A stretch of DNA of 64,000 nucleotides, from the NCBI GenBank assembly GCA_964415175.1, contig CAYPYG010000002.1, forward strand, positions 9,617-73,616, read 5' to 3'. This DNA is from an uncultured Elusimicrobiaceae bacterium (GTDB lineage: Bacteria > Elusimicrobiota > Elusimicrobia > Elusimicrobiales > UBA9959). Shown in pieces: positions 9,833 through 19,266 of the stretch (position 1 is the stretch's first letter; each line of letters starts with the position of its first letter). Both the position numbers and the translations under genes were made by a program. Under the pieces are notes generated by a model. It had not been told where the DNA came from. It did not search any database and saw only the letters and a list, made by a program, of their open reading frames with translations.

Positions 9833-10978
9833 ATGCGTTCAGCCCTCGCTTTCATTATCGCGTCCTCTCTCTTACCCGGCGCCTTCGCCGCCGTGGACCA
9901 GCTCGAACGGGAAGCCGGTTTCGCCGTGGGAACGACCGATATCCCGGCGCCCCATTACCCGCATCCCGTACAGCCCCCCGTGACGCCCGGAACGGCGATC
10001 GCCGAGTACGCGGCGCAGGAGACCTACACTTTCGAGAGCGACGCCGAGGAGGCCATGGAGCCGCGGCTCGCCGCCTTCGGGGCCGCCGGCATAAAGACCC
10101 TGGGCGGACGCGCGGTCAAGAAGGACAGGCGCTGGTCCTTCGTCATAGAATACCTGCCGCAGGTGCGGCACGCGGCGGTAATGCCGCCGGCCGTCATCCT
10201 CAAATCCTACGAAAGCCCCGTCGCCTACTGGCCGGAGCGCGAGGCCGAAGAAGCCGCCGCCGGGGTCAGCGCCGCGATGTCCGCCGGCGGCCTGGCCCCT
10301 CTCTCCGTCACGCTGACCAAGGCCGGCAAGGACAGTTCTTTCCGCGTGGATTACGCCGTCAGGGACCTGATGAGGAACCAGCCCTCCTACGACATAGAGA
10401 TACGGTCCTTCGACCACGGGAACTACACTTTCGAGAGCGACGCCGAAGAAGAGGCCCCCGGTCTCCTGGCCGATATGCGCCGCGCGGGCCTGGCCCCGCT
10501 GGCGGCCGTGCCGTACCGCGGCGCCGACCGCAAGTGGCGGCTGCGCGCCGAGCACGCCGTCCGCGTCAATAAAGGACCGGCGCGGCCCTCCCACGCCATC
10601 GATACTTATTCCCCCGCCGGGACCTTCCCCTTCGACAGCGACGCGCTGGAGGCGGCCGGGGAGACGGCGGCCGGGTTCGAGAACGCCGGGATAAAGGTCC
10701 TGCACCGCTGGGCGCGCGAGGAGAACCGGGACTGGCGCTTCGGCCTGGATTTCATAGTCCGCAATATCTACGCCGGCCATACGGTCACGCCGTCGGCCAG
10801 GGTCCTGACCTACTCCTCCCCGGAGACCTTCACCTTCGAGAGCGAAGCCGAAGAGGCGCTGGAGGCGAAGAAGGCGGCTTTCTCCTCCCAGGGCCTGCCC
10901 GCCGTGGGCGGCAGGACTTTCAGGACCGGCCGGGACTATTCCTTCTCGCTGGACTACCTGTCCATAGCCCGCCGATGA
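9833..10978 (+). CDS. secreted protein with five tandem ~65-70 aa repeats of an unrecognised domain
   Basis: Signal peptide MRSALAFIIASSLLPGAFAA, then 5 units each containing [TY]-F-x-F-E-S-[DE]-A-E-E-A ... G ... [RK]-x-[WY]-x-F-x-[IVL]-[DE]-Y. An AGGAGA SD precedes the ATG. Confidence 0.8.
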   Translation: MRSALAFIIASSLLPGAFAAVDQLEREAGFAVGTTDIPAPHYPHPVQPPVTPGTAIAEYAAQETYTFESDAEEAMEPRLAAFGAAGIKTLGGRAVKKDRRWSFVIEYLPQVRHAAVMPPAVILKSYESPVAYWPEREAEEAAAGVSAAMSAGGLAPLSVTLTKAGKDSSFRVDYAVRDLMRNQPSYDIEIRSFDHGNYTFESDAEEEAPGLLADMRRAGLAPLAAVPYRGADRKWRLRAEHAVRVNKGPARPSHAIDTYSPAGTFPFDSDALEAAGETAAGFENAGIKVLHRWAREENRDWRFGLDFIVRNIYAGHTVTPSARVLTYSSPETFTFESEAEEALEAKKAAFSSQGLPAVGGRTFRTGRDYSFSLDYLSIARR

Positions 10979-12759
10979 GCGTAAAAGTACTGCCCGGAGA
11001 GGTCGCGGCCAAGATAGCGGCCGGCGAGGTCATCGAGCGTCCCTCGTCGGTGCTCAAGGAGCTCATAGAGAATTCCCTCGACGCCGGCGCCTCGCGCGTC
11101 AGCGTCTCCGCCGAAAAGGCGGGCAAGGCCCTCATTCGCGTCAACGACGACGGCGCTGGCATGTCCCCGGAGGACCTGCGCCTGTCGGTCATGCGCCATT
11201 CCACCAGCAAGATAGCCGCCTTCGAGGACCTCGACGCGCTCTCCACTTACGGCTTCCGCGGCGAGGCGCTGTTCTCCGCGCTGGCGGTCTCGCGCCTGAA
11301 GATGACCACCTGCCGGGCCGGCGACGACGCGGCCTCTTTCATCGAAGGCGACTCGGGAGAGATAAAGGCCGAAGGCAAGGCCCCGCCGGCCCGCGGCACC
11401 ACCGTCGAGGTCCGCGACCTTTTCTTCAATGTCCCGGCGCGGCTTAAATTCCTGAGGAGCGATCCGTCGGAGCGCGCCCAGCTCATCCGCGTCGTGGAGG
11501 AGGCCGCCCTGGCCAATCCCGGCGTCTCTTTCTCGCTGGAAGTGGACGGCGCGGAGGTCTTCTCGCTCAAGGCCGACAAGGGCCCCTGGGAAAGCGCCTG
11601 CCTGGCCCGCGCCAGGGAACTGCTCGGCGGCAAGGTGGCCGAGGGACTGACCGCGCTCGAGCAGAACGCCGCCGGGCTTTCGCTGCGCGCGCTCTTCTCG
11701 CTGCCCGACTCCCTCTACGCCACCCGGCAGAACCAGTTCTTCTTCGTGAACCGCAGGCCCGTCTCGTCGAAAACCCTGCAGCAGGCCCTCTACCGCGGCT
11801 ACGATATCATGCGCGGCTCCAAGCATCCGGCCTGCGCCGTCTACCTGGACCTGCCGCCGGCCGAGGTGGACGTGAACATCCACCCGCGCAAGGCCGACGT
11901 GAAGTTCCGCGCCGAAGGCGCCGTCTTCAAGTTCGTCTCCGGCGCCGTGAACGCGCGCCTGCTCAAGACCCAGCGGGCCTCCGCGGCCATAGATCCGGGC
12001 TCCGCGCCGGCCGGGCGGGCCGCTTTCCCTCCGCCGGCGGCCCCTTCCACGGAGGTCCGCGCCGTCTTCGGCACGGGAAAGCCCCCGGCGAGAGCCGCGG
12101 AGGCGGAGCATATCACGGACGCCCTTTTCGCCGCCGAACCCGCGCCCGGCGACGGCGGCCCCTCGTGGTACCAGCCGCCGGTCAATTATCTCGGCCAGCT
12201 CTCCAAAAGCTACCTGGTCTTCGAATCCGGCGGCGGGCTGCTGGTGGTGGACCAGCACGCCGCGCAGGAACGGGTGCTCTTCGAGAAGTACATGGACGAG
12301 CTGGTGCTGGGAAAGATAAGGGTGCAGCCGCTGGTGATCCCGGTCTCCGTCGAACTTTCGGCCTCGCAGGCGGAGAACATCATGCGCTGGCAGGACTGGC
12401 TCAAGGGCGCCGGCTTCGAGATAGGCCGCTCCGGCCCGACCCACATGCTGCTGCACGCCACGCCCGCGCTGTTCTATTTCAGCCAGGACGCCGCGCAGGA
12501 GCTGTTCGGCTATCTTTCGGAGGTCCTCGGCGAACCGTCCAAGTCCGACGAGGCGCTCAAGCGCAACACCATCGCGACGATGGCCTGCAAGAAATCGGTC
12601 AAGGCCCGCGACTTCCTCAAGCCCCAGGAGGCGCAGCGCCTCATCGAGGATCTCAAAGCGGCGAAGGACAGTTTCCACTGCCCGCACGGCAGGCCCACGC
12701 TGTTCCACATAGGCCGGCCCGAGCTGGCCCGCAGGTTCCAGCGCACCACCGTCGTCTAG
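10975..12759 (+). CDS. mutL: DNA mismatch repair protein MutL
   Basis: 594 aa. IAAGEVIERPSSVLKELIENSLDAG (GHKL ATPase), FRGEAL, and C-terminal CPHGRPT. ATGA overlap with the upstream gene. Confidence 0.95.
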   Translation: MSVKVLPGEVAAKIAAGEVIERPSSVLKELIENSLDAGASRVSVSAEKAGKALIRVNDDGAGMSPEDLRLSVMRHSTSKIAAFEDLDALSTYGFRGEALFSALAVSRLKMTTCRAGDDAASFIEGDSGEIKAEGKAPPARGTTVEVRDLFFNVPARLKFLRSDPSERAQLIRVVEEAALANPGVSFSLEVDGAEVFSLKADKGPWESACLARARELLGGKVAEGLTALEQNAAGLSLRALFSLPDSLYATRQNQFFFVNRRPVSSKTLQQALYRGYDIMRGSKHPACAVYLDLPPAEVDVNIHPRKADVKFRAEGAVFKFVSGAVNARLLKTQRASAAIDPGSAPAGRAAFPPPAAPSTEVRAVFGTGKPPARAAEAEHITDALFAAEPAPGDGGPSWYQPPVNYLGQLSKSYLVFESGGGLLVVDQHAAQERVLFEKYMDELVLGKIRVQPLVIPVSVELSASQAENIMRWQDWLKGAGFEIGRSGPTHMLLHATPALFYFSQDAAQELFGYLSEVLGEPSKSDEALKRNTIATMACKKSVKARDFLKPQEAQRLIEDLKAAKDSFHCPHGRPTLFHIGRPELARRFQRTTVV

Positions 12760-12781
12760 ACCGCGGCGCACTGGCCCCAGC

Positions 12782-12811
12782 CCCCGGCGGACGCGTCCGC
12801 CGGGGTTTTTT
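12782..12811 (+). terminator. intrinsic terminator after mutL
   Basis: CCCCGGCGGA-CGCG-TCCGCCGGGG followed by TTTTTTGTTT. Confidence 0.7.
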
Positions 12812-12814
12812 GTT

Positions 12815-13426
12815 TCAGGGCCGGCCGTCCCCGCCCGGGGGCGGTTCCTTGTACTGCAGCAGGAAAAGGACCGAGGCGCAGATCGCGCCCAGCCCGTCGG
12901 CCAGCATATCCTTCTGCGCGTCCCAGACATCGCCCTGGCTGCCCAGGAAGGCGATGCCAGCGGCGGGATCGGACGAGACCGCGTAGAGCCATTCTATTAT
13001 CTCGTAGACGGCCGCCACGGTGAAGATGGCCGTTATGCCGGTGAAAGCCACCAGGCCTTTCGAGCGCGTATAACCTTTCCGCCACAGGAATTCGGCCAGC
13101 GGATAGGCGTAGAAGCCTACCGAGAAATGCGCTATCCGGTCATAATGGTTGCGCGTGAAGCCGAACAGGTCGGTCACGAAGCCGAACGGCACCCGCTCGA
13201 AGGTGTAATGCCCGCCGACGGTATGCAAGAAGACCAGCACGCTCATAAGGGCGTAGGAAGCGTCCGAGAAGGCGAAGCGCCGGTAGCTAAGGGCCAGCGC
13301 CGCCACTATCAGCACTATGGGCAGGTTCTCGGCGAACCAGACGTCGCGGCTGTAGGGGTTCACGGCCAGAACCAGGAACTCCGCGACATAGGCGGCCAGC
13401 AGTATATAAGGCAGTTTCAGTTTCAT
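12815..13426 (-). CDS. DUF2238/YjdF-like inner membrane protein
   Basis: 203-aa multi-pass ORF. RNHYDRIAHFSVGFY and the overall layout match my memory of the YjdF family. Confidence 0.7.
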   Translation of the reverse strand: MKLKLPYILLAAYVAEFLVLAVNPYSRDVWFAENLPIVLIVAALALSYRRFAFSDASYALMSVLVFLHTVGGHYTFERVPFGFVTDLFGFTRNHYDRIAHFSVGFYAYPLAEFLWRKGYTRSKGLVAFTGITAIFTVAAVYEIIEWLYAVSSDPAAGIAFLGSQGDVWDAQKDMLADGLGAICASVLFLLQYKEPPPGGDGRP

Positions 13427-13435
13427 ATTCCTCCC

Positions 13436-13530
13436 TCAGGGTTTCCTTGCGAATTGCGGCATTTCGGCTGGAAGCTCCAGCGAGAGCTCCGACAGGTCTG
13501 CGAACTCCCCGCCGCCGTGGTCATAGCGCC
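13436..13530 (-). pseudogene. relic of the 3' end of a PAS-domain gene (paralogous to 16136..16474)
   Basis: Encodes ...GEFADLSELSLELPAEMPQFARKP*, compared with ...GAVSGLVELSVELPAEMPHFVRKP* at the end of the intact PAS gene. It has no start codon. The same CCCTGAGG(A/G)AG stop/SD junction follows both. Confidence 0.45.
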
Positions 13531-16116
13531 CTACCTCCGGACCCGTTCGAGCGCCGCGCGGACATCGCCCGCCCGGACCGGGTCCAGCGCGCCGCCGGCC
13601 AGCAGCGCGCCGTACAAAGCCTCCGCCTCTCCCTTTTCCCCGGCCCTCTCCAGCAGGGCCCCCAGGCTCATGGAGGCCTGGAACTCCCCCGGAGCCGCCG
13701 CCAGCGCTTTGCGGAAATCCTCCCGGGCCCCGGCTTCGTCCCCCGAGAGCACCCGCAGCATCCCCCTGCCGTTCAGGATGGGAGCGGAGCGGGGGCGGGC
13801 GGCCAGCGCGCGCGACGCGGCGGCTATCCCCTCCCCGTACTTCTCCGCGCCCTGGAAGGCCAGCAGCGCCCGCGTCCATCCCTCCTCTGGCAGAGGGCCC
13901 CGCGCGGCCGCACGGGCGAGTTCCAGAGCTTTTTCCTTCTCCCCCCGCGCGATATAAGCGGCGGCCGCGGCGGCCAGCGGGTACGGGCGCGCCGAAAGGC
14001 GCCGCGCGACTTCGGCCCGGGCCGCCGGAGAATTTCCCTCCGCGGCGAGCCATACCAGCGCGTAAACGAAATTATCCCCGTCCAGCCCGTAAAGTTCCCG
14101 CGCGGCCCGCCTGCCGTCCGGGGAGGAAAGTCCCGAGCGGTAGGCGGCCGCCGCGGCCTTCAGCGCGGGCCCGGGACCGCCGGGAGCCGGGACGTCGAAT
14201 ATCTCCAGCGCTTCCCGCGGAGAAGGGGCCGCGCCGCGGAGCAGCCGCAGCGCGCCCTCTTCCGCCGGCGCCGCCCCCCCGGCCAGCAGCGCGGCGAGGA
14301 TCTCGCGCAGGCCGCCGGACCAGTCGAACTCGGCGCCGCCGAAGTCCCGCGGGAACGAAGCGCGGCAGCCCGCGGACCCGGTCCCCCCGCGGTAGAATTC
14401 CATGAGGCAGCGGAGCCTGGGCGTGAGCGTGCCGATCCGGGCCAGCCGGGAAAGGAGCTCCGCCCGCTCCTCCGGCGGCCAGTACAGCAGGGCGGCCCTG
14501 ACGTCGGAATCCCAGAAAGTCAGGTTGGAGTTCCTTATCGCCGCCAGGTGCACCGCGTCCTCCCCGCCCCTGACCGCGTTGCGCTCCGTCTCCCAGTGGC
14601 CGCGCAGGCGGGCCAGCGTGGAGCGCGCCTCCGCGTAAAGTCCCAGCCGCAGTTCCCGCAGCAGCTTCACCAGCGACAGTTCGTACCATTCCGGCAGGCT
14701 TTCCGGCGGGTAGGCCGGCCGCTCCGAGGCGAGGATGCCGGAAAGGTGACAGAGATCGGGATAGTGCGCGCCGCAGGCCCGGCCGAGTTTCTCCAGCCCC
14801 TCAGCGGTGAGCCCGAAGGAAAGGTAAGCCTCGCCCTGCTTGCGCAGCGGCCACGGGTCGGCCGGGAACCTGGCCGCCGCGGCCGTCAGCGCGGGCAGAC
14901 CGCGCCCCGCCGCGCGGGGATATTCCCACACCTTGAACAGCACCGCCGCCGACGGCAGCGCCAGCGCCAGGAAGAGCCCCGCGGCCAGCGGGCGGGACGC
15001 TCCGGCCGGCGCGGACGCCGCGCCTTCTTCTCTCCGCCCGGCGGCCAGTTCCCAGGCCCCCGCCGCCGCGATCAGCGCGAGCAGATACTTGAGCGGGTAA
15101 AAATACCTCTCTTCCACGGCCAGCAGGCAGTGCACGGCCGTGAAATAAGCGGCCAGGAAAGCGGTGAACCTGTTGCCCGGCGAGCGGCAGAAGAAAAGCC
15201 CGGCCGCCGCCAGCGCGAAGAGGAGCGGGAACATCATGAAGACCGCCGCGATCCTTTTAACTACGGCTGACGCGTAATTGAGCGGGTCCGCCAGCACCGT
15301 GCGGACCGCCCAGGGATAGACGCTCTCGTCCCGCGAGAGGCCGGCGAAAGCCCTGGCGTCGCCCTCGATGCTGAAGACCAGCCCCTTGGCCCCGGTTATT
15401 ATGTTGCTGGCAGGCCGCGCCTCCTCGAAAAGTATGACCCGGCCGAAAAGATGATGGTTGAGCCTGGCCCAGGGGACCACGGGCAGGTACGCGCAGGCCA
15501 GGAACAGCAGCGCCGCCGCCGCGCGGCGGCCCGTCCCCGGGACCCTTCCGCGCGCGGAGAAAAAACCCAGGACGGCGGCCAGCGGCGGGAACAGGAAAAG
15601 CGGCGAGCGCGTCAGCATGGAGAAGCCGGCGGCCAGCCCGGCGACCGCGGCGGGCGCGAACCCTCCGCGCTCCAGCCGGACCAGTTCGAGGAGAAGGAAC
15701 ACGAGCAGCGAGAAGGCGTAGAAGACCTGTTCCGCGTCGCTGGGGGCGGGACCGAGCGCGGCCAGGGCGGCGGCCAGGGCGAAGAAAGCCCCGCGCCCCC
15801 TCCCCCCGCCGCGCGCGCCTATGGCGTAAGCGGCCAGGCAGGCCAGCAGGCCCGCGGCCCTGAACGGCAGGAGGGGGTCCGCGCCGAGATGGAATTTGGA
15901 CCACGCCAGCGCCATGCCGGGCAGCGGCATGGCGAAGCTGACGGACCTGCTGTATACGGCGTGGAAGAGGAATTCCCCCCTGTCGGCGAAATGGGAAAGG
16001 TTCTGTTCCCCGAAGGGCCCGCAGCCGAACCGCCAGGCCGCCAGGACGAGCGCGGCCGCCCCGGCCGTCCGGGAGAGGAGGACGACCGCTTTCCCGCGCG
16101 CCGACGGCTTCTCCAT
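13531..16116 (-). CDS. large polytopic membrane protein with C-terminal TPR repeats (glycosyltransferase-39/ArnT-like topology, unverified)
   Basis: 861-aa ORF. The N-terminal ~450 aa carry about 10 or more TM segments, and the C-terminal half has Ala/Leu-rich TPR-like repeats. Confidence 0.75.
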   Translation of the reverse strand: MEKPSARGKAVVLLSRTAGAAALVLAAWRFGCGPFGEQNLSHFADRGEFLFHAVYSRSVSFAMPLPGMALAWSKFHLGADPLLPFRAAGLLACLAAYAIGARGGGRGRGAFFALAAALAALGPAPSDAEQVFYAFSLLVFLLLELVRLERGGFAPAAVAGLAAGFSMLTRSPLFLFPPLAAVLGFFSARGRVPGTGRRAAAALLFLACAYLPVVPWARLNHHLFGRVILFEEARPASNIITGAKGLVFSIEGDARAFAGLSRDESVYPWAVRTVLADPLNYASAVVKRIAAVFMMFPLLFALAAAGLFFCRSPGNRFTAFLAAYFTAVHCLLAVEERYFYPLKYLLALIAAAGAWELAAGRREEGAASAPAGASRPLAAGLFLALALPSAAVLFKVWEYPRAAGRGLPALTAAAARFPADPWPLRKQGEAYLSFGLTAEGLEKLGRACGAHYPDLCHLSGILASERPAYPPESLPEWYELSLVKLLRELRLGLYAEARSTLARLRGHWETERNAVRGGEDAVHLAAIRNSNLTFWDSDVRAALLYWPPEERAELLSRLARIGTLTPRLRCLMEFYRGGTGSAGCRASFPRDFGGAEFDWSGGLREILAALLAGGAAPAEEGALRLLRGAAPSPREALEIFDVPAPGGPGPALKAAAAAYRSGLSSPDGRRAARELYGLDGDNFVYALVWLAAEGNSPAARAEVARRLSARPYPLAAAAAAYIARGEKEKALELARAAARGPLPEEGWTRALLAFQGAEKYGEGIAAASRALAARPRSAPILNGRGMLRVLSGDEAGAREDFRKALAAAPGEFQASMSLGALLERAGEKGEAEALYGALLAGGALDPVRAGDVRAALERVRR

Positions 16117-16135
16117 GACGAGAGGCTCCTCTTCC

Positions 16136-16474
16136 TCAGGGCTTGCGGACGAAGTGGGGCATTTCGGCCGGCAGTTCCACGGACAGCTCGACCAGGCCGG
16201 AAACGGCCCCGTCCTTCGTCAGCGGCGCCTGGTAGATGAGTTTCCTGACCCCGCCTTTCTCTATCGTGTAGGCGTTGACGCGCGGCTCCTTCAGCATCCC
16301 GGCCAGCTTGGACCTGGCCGGCTCCGGGTGACAGTCCAGCAGGCTTTTCCCCACGAGACCGCCTCCCCCGTATTTTGCGAAGGTCCCGCGCGACCTGGCG
16401 TTCATGTAGGTGATCTTCCCTTCCCTGTCGCACAGCGTGACCGCGAAACCCGCTTCTTCCGCCCAGTCTTCCAT
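16136..16474 (-). CDS. PAS-domain protein (stand-alone sensor domain)
   Basis: 112 aa. FAVTLCDREGKITYMNARS...GKSLLDCHPE is PAS-fold-like. Confidence 0.75.
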   Translation of the reverse strand: MEDWAEEAGFAVTLCDREGKITYMNARSRGTFAKYGGGGLVGKSLLDCHPEPARSKLAGMLKEPRVNAYTIEKGGVRKLIYQAPLTKDGAVSGLVELSVELPAEMPHFVRKP

Positions 16475-16515
16475 TCTTCCTCCGTCCCGTCCCCGCTTTA
16501 TTATAAAATATCGGC

Positions 16516-17067
16516 ATGCCGGAATCCTCCATACTCAAGATAGCCTCCGCCCGGCGCAGCGTGCGCAAGTACCGCCCCGACCCGGTCCCCCGCGAACTGC
16601 TGGACGTCTGCCTGGAAGCCGCGCGGCTCGCGCCGTCGGCCTGCAACGCGCAGCCCTACTCTTTCATCGTCGTCGACGATCCCGCGCTCAAGGAGAAGCT
16701 CGCGGCGGCCGCTTTCGGCGGTATCTATTCCGCCTGCGGGTTCGCGGCCGCGGCGCCGGTCCTGGTCGCGGTGACCGGCAGGAGGCAGAACCTCACCGCC
16801 TGGATCGGCAACCAGGTCCAGGACATAAATTTCCGCTACATGGACATGGGCATAGCGGGCGAGCATTTCGTGCTGGCGGCCGGCGAACTGGGCCTCGGGA
16901 CCTGCTGGCTCGGCTGGTTCGACAAAAAGGCCGCGGCCCGGACCCTCGGGCTGCCCGCGGGCGAGAGGCCCGAGGTACTTATAAGCGTCGGCTGGCCCGG
17001 CGAGGAACCCGCCCCGCGCAAACGCAAGACCGCCGACGAATTCAGGCGGTACAACCCCGGTTTATGA
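16516..17067 (+). CDS. nitroreductase family protein
   Basis: RRSVRKYRPDPVPRELL...ARLAPSACNAQPY...GLGTCWLG signature. Confidence 0.9.
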   Translation: MPESSILKIASARRSVRKYRPDPVPRELLDVCLEAARLAPSACNAQPYSFIVVDDPALKEKLAAAAFGGIYSACGFAAAAPVLVAVTGRRQNLTAWIGNQVQDINFRYMDMGIAGEHFVLAAGELGLGTCWLGWFDKKAAARTLGLPAGERPEVLISVGWPGEEPAPRKRKTADEFRRYNPGL

Positions 17068-18017
17068 TCAAGCACGCATTGACGACGCTCCTCCTTCTCT
17101 GCCCCGCGGCCGCCGCGGCGCAGGACCCTCTCGCCGCCGACTGCGGCGCGACCCCCGCGGCCGAAGCCTGCGTCGCGAAGCCGAAGAACACCGATATTTT
17201 CGGCCTGCCCGCCGCCCCCGTCCGGACGGAAAGTAAAGCCGGAGCGGCGCCCGCGAAAACCTCCGGCGCCGCGAAAAAGACCGCCCCCCCCAGGGGAACG
17301 CGGAGCGGGGCAGCCGCCGAAGGGACCGCGGCGGGAGCGCGGGACGCCGGCGAACTCCCGGATTTCTCGCGGCTCCAGCGCGCCTCGACGGCGCTCCATC
17401 TCTGGCTCGGCCTGGCCTTCATCCTGCTGGCGGCCGCCGAAGCCTTCGCCGCCGACAATCCCGGCTGGACCAGGACGGCGACGGCCGGCGCGGCCGGTTC
17501 TTTCCTGCTGGTCCTGGCCGCCGTCCTCCTCTCCTGGCGGGAGCTTGGGACGGAAGCCCGCGCGCTCCTTTCGTTCAAGCCGGGCTTTCTCCTCTATTAC
17601 GCCTCCGCCCTGCTGGCCGGCTCCGCCGCGCTGGCCCTGCTGCTGCACCGCGCGGCCGGACCGGCGGGCCGCGGTTTCTGGGGCGCGGCGGCCGCGTTCC
17701 TGCTGGCCGCCTCGGGCGGCCTGCTGCTGGCGGTGCACCTCAAGGTCAACGCCGCGGCCGCCGTCGAGGTCATGACCGGCCACGTTCCCGTCGGGGCGGC
17801 GCTGCTGGCCGCCGGCGCCGCCGCGGTCTTCCGCCTCTTCCGTCCCTCCCGTCCCGCGCGGGCGGCTCTGGCCGTCTTTCTTTTCATCGCCGGCGCGATG
17901 TCCGGGCTCTACAGGGAGAACCCGGAGGCTTTCTCGCCCGAGATACACGATGTCGTCGCCGTCGGCGGGGCCGGGAGTCCCGATGAAGCTGCTGATAAGA
18001 AGGGCCCTCGCGGCTGA
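17064..18017 (+). CDS. secreted/membrane hypothetical protein
   Basis: Track ORF 16410..18017 trimmed to an ATG overlapping the upstream TGA (ATGA). Signal peptide MIKHALTTLLLLCPAAAAAQ, then about 6 TM segments. Confidence 0.65.
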   Translation: MIKHALTTLLLLCPAAAAAQDPLAADCGATPAAEACVAKPKNTDIFGLPAAPVRTESKAGAAPAKTSGAAKKTAPPRGTRSGAAAEGTAAGARDAGELPDFSRLQRASTALHLWLGLAFILLAAAEAFAADNPGWTRTATAGAAGSFLLVLAAVLLSWRELGTEARALLSFKPGFLLYYASALLAGSAALALLLHRAAGPAGRGFWGAAAAFLLAASGGLLLAVHLKVNAAAAVEVMTGHVPVGAALLAAGAAAVFRLFRPSRPARAALAVFLFIAGAMSGLYRENPEAFSPEIHDVVAVGGAGSPDEAADKKGPRG

Positions 18018-19266
18018 TCCCGCGCTGGGCCCGGAGAAGGTCCGCGACCTTCTCGCCGAGAACGGCAGGATAACCAGGATAGCCGCGAGGATAACCCCTC
18101 CGCGGGACTGCGCCGTCGTCGACGCGCGCGGCCTCTGGCTGTTCCCCGGCTTCGTGGACGCGCACGCGCACGCGAGGGAGCCCGGCGGAGAACGGGCCGA
18201 GGACTTCCGCAGCCTGGGGCGCGCCGCCGCGGCCGGCGGCGTCACCTCGGCGCTGGCCATGCCCAACACCTCCCCGCCCTGCGATTCCCCCTCCCTGCTG
18301 AAGGACCTCCGCGCGCGGGCGCGGACGAAATGCGCCGTGAACCTGTTCTTCGCCGCCGCCCTGACCAGAGGGCGCGCGGGCCGGGCCCTCGCCGGCCTGG
18401 AGGAACTGTCCTCGGCCGGCGCGGCCGCCTTCACCGACGACGGCGGCTGGCTCTCCGACAGGGGCCTCTTCGAGGAGGCGCTGCGCAGGGCCTGGGACCT
18501 GGGCGTCCCCGTTCTCCAGCATTCGGAGGACTTCTCCGTCACCGGCCCCGGCGTAGTCAACCTCGGCCCGGTCTCCCGGCGTCTCGGGCTGCCGGGAATA
18601 GACCGCCGCGCCGAGACGCTGGCGGTAAAGTCCGACCTGGCCGCGCTGCGCCGCGCGGGAGGGCGCCTCCACATCCAGCACCTGAGCTGCGCGGCCTCCG
18701 TCGGGCTGCTGCGCCGCGCCAAGGCCGCCGGCCTGCCGGTCACCGCCGAGACCTGCCCGCATTATATCGCGCTGACCGAGAACGACGTCCCCGCGGGCGG
18801 GGCCGACCTGAAGATGAAGCCGCCGCTGCGCGCGGAAGCCGACAGGCGGGCCCTGATAAAAGGCCTGGCCGACGGGACCATAGACATGGTCGCCACCGAT
18901 CACGCCCCTCACCCGGCGGCCGAAAAAGCGAAGGGCCTCCTGCGCGCCCCTTTCGGCGTCATCGGGCTGGAGACCCTGGCCGCCGCCTGCCTGACCCACC
19001 TGGTCTTCCCCGGCCATATAAGCCGCGCGCGCCTGACGGAACTCCTCTCCTCCAATCCGGCCGGACTGCTGGGCCTGCGGACCAAGGGCTCCCTGCTGCC
19101 CGGCATGGACGCCGACCTCGCGCTCATCGACCCGACGGCGGAATACGAAGTGAAACCTCCCTTTTTCTCCAGGTCGGAGAACTCCCCTTTCAAAGGCCGC
19201 AGGCTGCGCGGCGCCGTAGTCCTTACCGTTTCGGCGGGGCGCGTCGTATACAGGAGGCGCCGCTGA
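17983..19266 (+). CDS. pyrC: dihydroorotase
   Basis: PGFVDAHAHAREPG metal-binding motif, ATDHAPH. The start at MKLLIRR was chosen; the track start at 17950 is also possible. Confidence 0.9.
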   Translation: MKLLIRRALAADPALGPEKVRDLLAENGRITRIAARITPPRDCAVVDARGLWLFPGFVDAHAHAREPGGERAEDFRSLGRAAAAGGVTSALAMPNTSPPCDSPSLLKDLRARARTKCAVNLFFAAALTRGRAGRALAGLEELSSAGAAAFTDDGGWLSDRGLFEEALRRAWDLGVPVLQHSEDFSVTGPGVVNLGPVSRRLGLPGIDRRAETLAVKSDLAALRRAGGRLHIQHLSCAASVGLLRRAKAAGLPVTAETCPHYIALTENDVPAGGADLKMKPPLRAEADRRALIKGLADGTIDMVATDHAPHPAAEKAKGLLRAPFGVIGLETLAAACLTHLVFPGHISRARLTELLSSNPAGLLGLRTKGSLLPGMDADLALIDPTAEYEVKPPFFSRSENSPFKGRRLRGAVVLTVSAGRVVYRRRR

